From: Pelagomonas calceolata
Taxonomy: Eukaryota
Reading direction: 5' to 3'
Assembly: GCA_918797485.1 (NCBI GenBank)
Contig: CAKKNE010000001.1
Location: 5,766,001 to 5,830,000 of the forward strand
Length of the DNA stretch: 64,000 bases
The translations under genes and the position numbers were made by a program. Under the pieces are notes generated by a model that saw only the letters and a program-made list of their open reading frames with translations, had not been told where the DNA came from and made no database searches. This document shows positions 62,351-64,000 of the stretch, piece by piece (the stretch's first letter is position 1; each line of letters starts with the position of its first letter).

Positions 62351-64000
62351 ATGATGTTCGACGCCGTACCTCCACCAAATGGAACACCTACTGGAGACGA
62401 CGGCGCCGCCTACGCCACCTTACTGAACACCGTCGAGAGCCTCCAGGCGGACCTCCAACAGACCATCACGACCTGCCATTCCCTAAGGGAGCAGAACGCG
62501 ATTTTGCAGAGGGACCACGATAAAGCAAGGGAGGAGGTACTTAGGCAAAGGGAAAAGGTCGCCGCCAATAGAACTGAATTAGTAGAACAAGCTAAAGCCA
62601 AGATCGAGGCCGATCGGGCCACGGAAGCGCTCGTGGCGAAGTGGAAGGTCCAGCTTGACTCGAGGACCAGAGAACTCGAGGAGGTGCAAAAGAAGTTAGT
62701 GCCCCAGGACTTAGATATGTTAAGGATCCAAATTCAAGAGGAGCTCGAGGTGCCGCACCAGCAGAAGATTTCGGACCTCGAGGCGGAGGCGCGATCCTTC
62801 CAACAGATGTTTTTCAATGTGCGGAGGGAGCTCGAGCGGTCCAAGACGGAGTTCGCGGCCTATACCGAGCACCAGGAGGCCGCGCGGGCGTCGGACCGCG
62901 CGACGCATGATGCGGAGCATCGGGGGTTGCGTCGAAGAGTCGTCGAGCTCGAAGCTGCCGCTGCCGATGGTCCTGATGGCGCGGATTTGCAGCGCGGTTT
63001 GGAGGCCAAAGTCCTCGCGTTGGAGGTCAAATGTCGGGAATTGATGAAGGAAAATGATGATTTGCGGAGGGAGCACGACGGCGCCATTGGTGATAAAAAT
63101 GCTGCTGTACAAGGAAGGGCGGAGGACGCGTGTGCTGCCAAAGCGTTAACTGGACAGTTAAAAACTGATGTAGTGGGTCTAGAAAGGAGGTTGGCCGAGG
63201 CGACGAATCGCATCACGAAGCTCGAACAGGATGTGGAGAGCAAACAGCGAGACTTAGACGCAGCAAAAGAAAATTACCGGCTGGCGTCGATGGAGAGCGA
63301 AAAAAGGGACAGAGCTCGGTTGCAGCGCGTGGCGGACGCCGAGAGCGCCGCCGTCGATCTTAGGAGGGAAGTGGATGCTGCGCGCGCTGAGTTACAACGA
63401 GACGCTGATATGTATGGGAGAAAACTAGAACAGTGCGAGACCGAACTGTCGACGGCGAAACGGCAGGCCTTTGAAGCAAGGATGCAGTGCGACGCCACGG
63501 TCAATACGGCGAGACAGGAATGTCGCGAGTTGTGTGCGTCACTCGAGGAACGTCTCGTACAACAAGACCTCGACAAGTCGGCAGCGGAGAAGCAGAAGCG
63601 CGACTTCGAGCAGCAGGCCATTGACGAGTCGCGGAAGCTGCAGGCCGAACTGAAAGTACTTACTGGTAAGGTCGCACGACTGGAGGGTGATGTGGAAAAA
63701 ACTCATAAGCCGAAGATTCAGTTGTTGGAAGACGAGAAGGCTCGAGTGGCGTTGGATAGAGATGCTCACAAAAGACGAGCTGATGCTCTAGAAGCGGCGG
63801 AGAATGCTGCATTGAAGGCGGTGGACGACAAGGACCGAGCTGTATTGGACGTCAAAAAGGCCGAGACGAAGTATGCTGAAGCTAGACGCGAGGCGGAACG
63901 GTTCCGGGAAGAGATTGCTCATTTAAGAGAGACTCATGCTCGCGAGTTGGGCGATGTTCGGGCCCAAATCGCCGAAGACAAGGCCCACGTCGCCGAAGCC
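62351..64000 (+). CDS. CEP83: CEP83/CCDC41-like centriolar distal-appendage coiled-coil protein (runs off window)
   Basis: Open coiled-coil frame; DLDMLRIQIQEELEVPHQQKISDLE.E...F...F...RRE.E..K.EF resembles the CEP83 conserved block. Confidence 0.65.
   Translation, partial: MMFDAVPPPNGTPTGDDGAAYATLLNTVESLQADLQQTITTCHSLREQNAILQRDHDKAREEVLRQREKVAANRTELVEQAKAKIEADRATEALVAKWKVQLDSRTRELEEVQKKLVPQDLDMLRIQIQEELEVPHQQKISDLEAEARSFQQMFFNVRRELERSKTEFAAYTEHQEAARASDRATHDAEHRGLRRRVVELEAAAADGPDGADLQRGLEAKVLALEVKCRELMKENDDLRREHDGAIGDKNAAVQGRAEDACAAKALTGQLKTDVVGLERRLAEATNRITKLEQDVESKQRDLDAAKENYRLASMESEKRDRARLQRVADAESAAVDLRREVDAARAELQRDADMYGRKLEQCETELSTAKRQAFEARMQCDATVNTARQECRELCASLEERLVQQDLDKSAAEKQKRDFEQQAIDESRKLQAELKVLTGKVARLEGDVEKTHKPKIQLLEDEKARVALDRDAHKRRADALEAAENAALKAVDDKDRAVLDVKKAETKYAEARREAERFREEIAHLRETHARELGDVRAQIAEDKAHVAEA

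Overview
GC-rich, gene-dense eukaryotic nuclear DNA, most likely from a pelagophyte alga (Pelagomonas/Aureococcus-like). This is inferred from plastid-targeted genes with bipartite presequences, a bZIP-PAS factor, a repeated MYND-RINGv-TPR family and introner-type introns. About 35 protein-coding genes are present, including Sec6, transportin-3, CDC37, ETFA, a delta-12 desaturase, EF-Ts, a DHHC acyltransferase, OSCA/TMEM63 and CEP83. Two non-coding systems stand out. (1) A 23-26 bp quasi-palindrome, GCTAGTGYCTTAC-N-GCCGCTAGC, occurs 11 times, once per intergenic region, 55-390 bp upstream of start codons and mostly between divergent genes. (2) An introner-like intron population: one intron has perfect 15-bp TIRs and an 8-bp TSD, and 16 of 19 reconstructed introns share the 14-mer CGCGKCGATGGCGT or a close variant, often as inverted pairs. 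Other notable items are a TPR/YL1(Swc2)/BCNT(Swc5) fusion, a probably inactive GH47 fused to a sulfotransferase, and a TSD-flanked insertion resembling a Penelope-like element in a MYND gene. All intron and domain calls were made by eye and are not database-verified.
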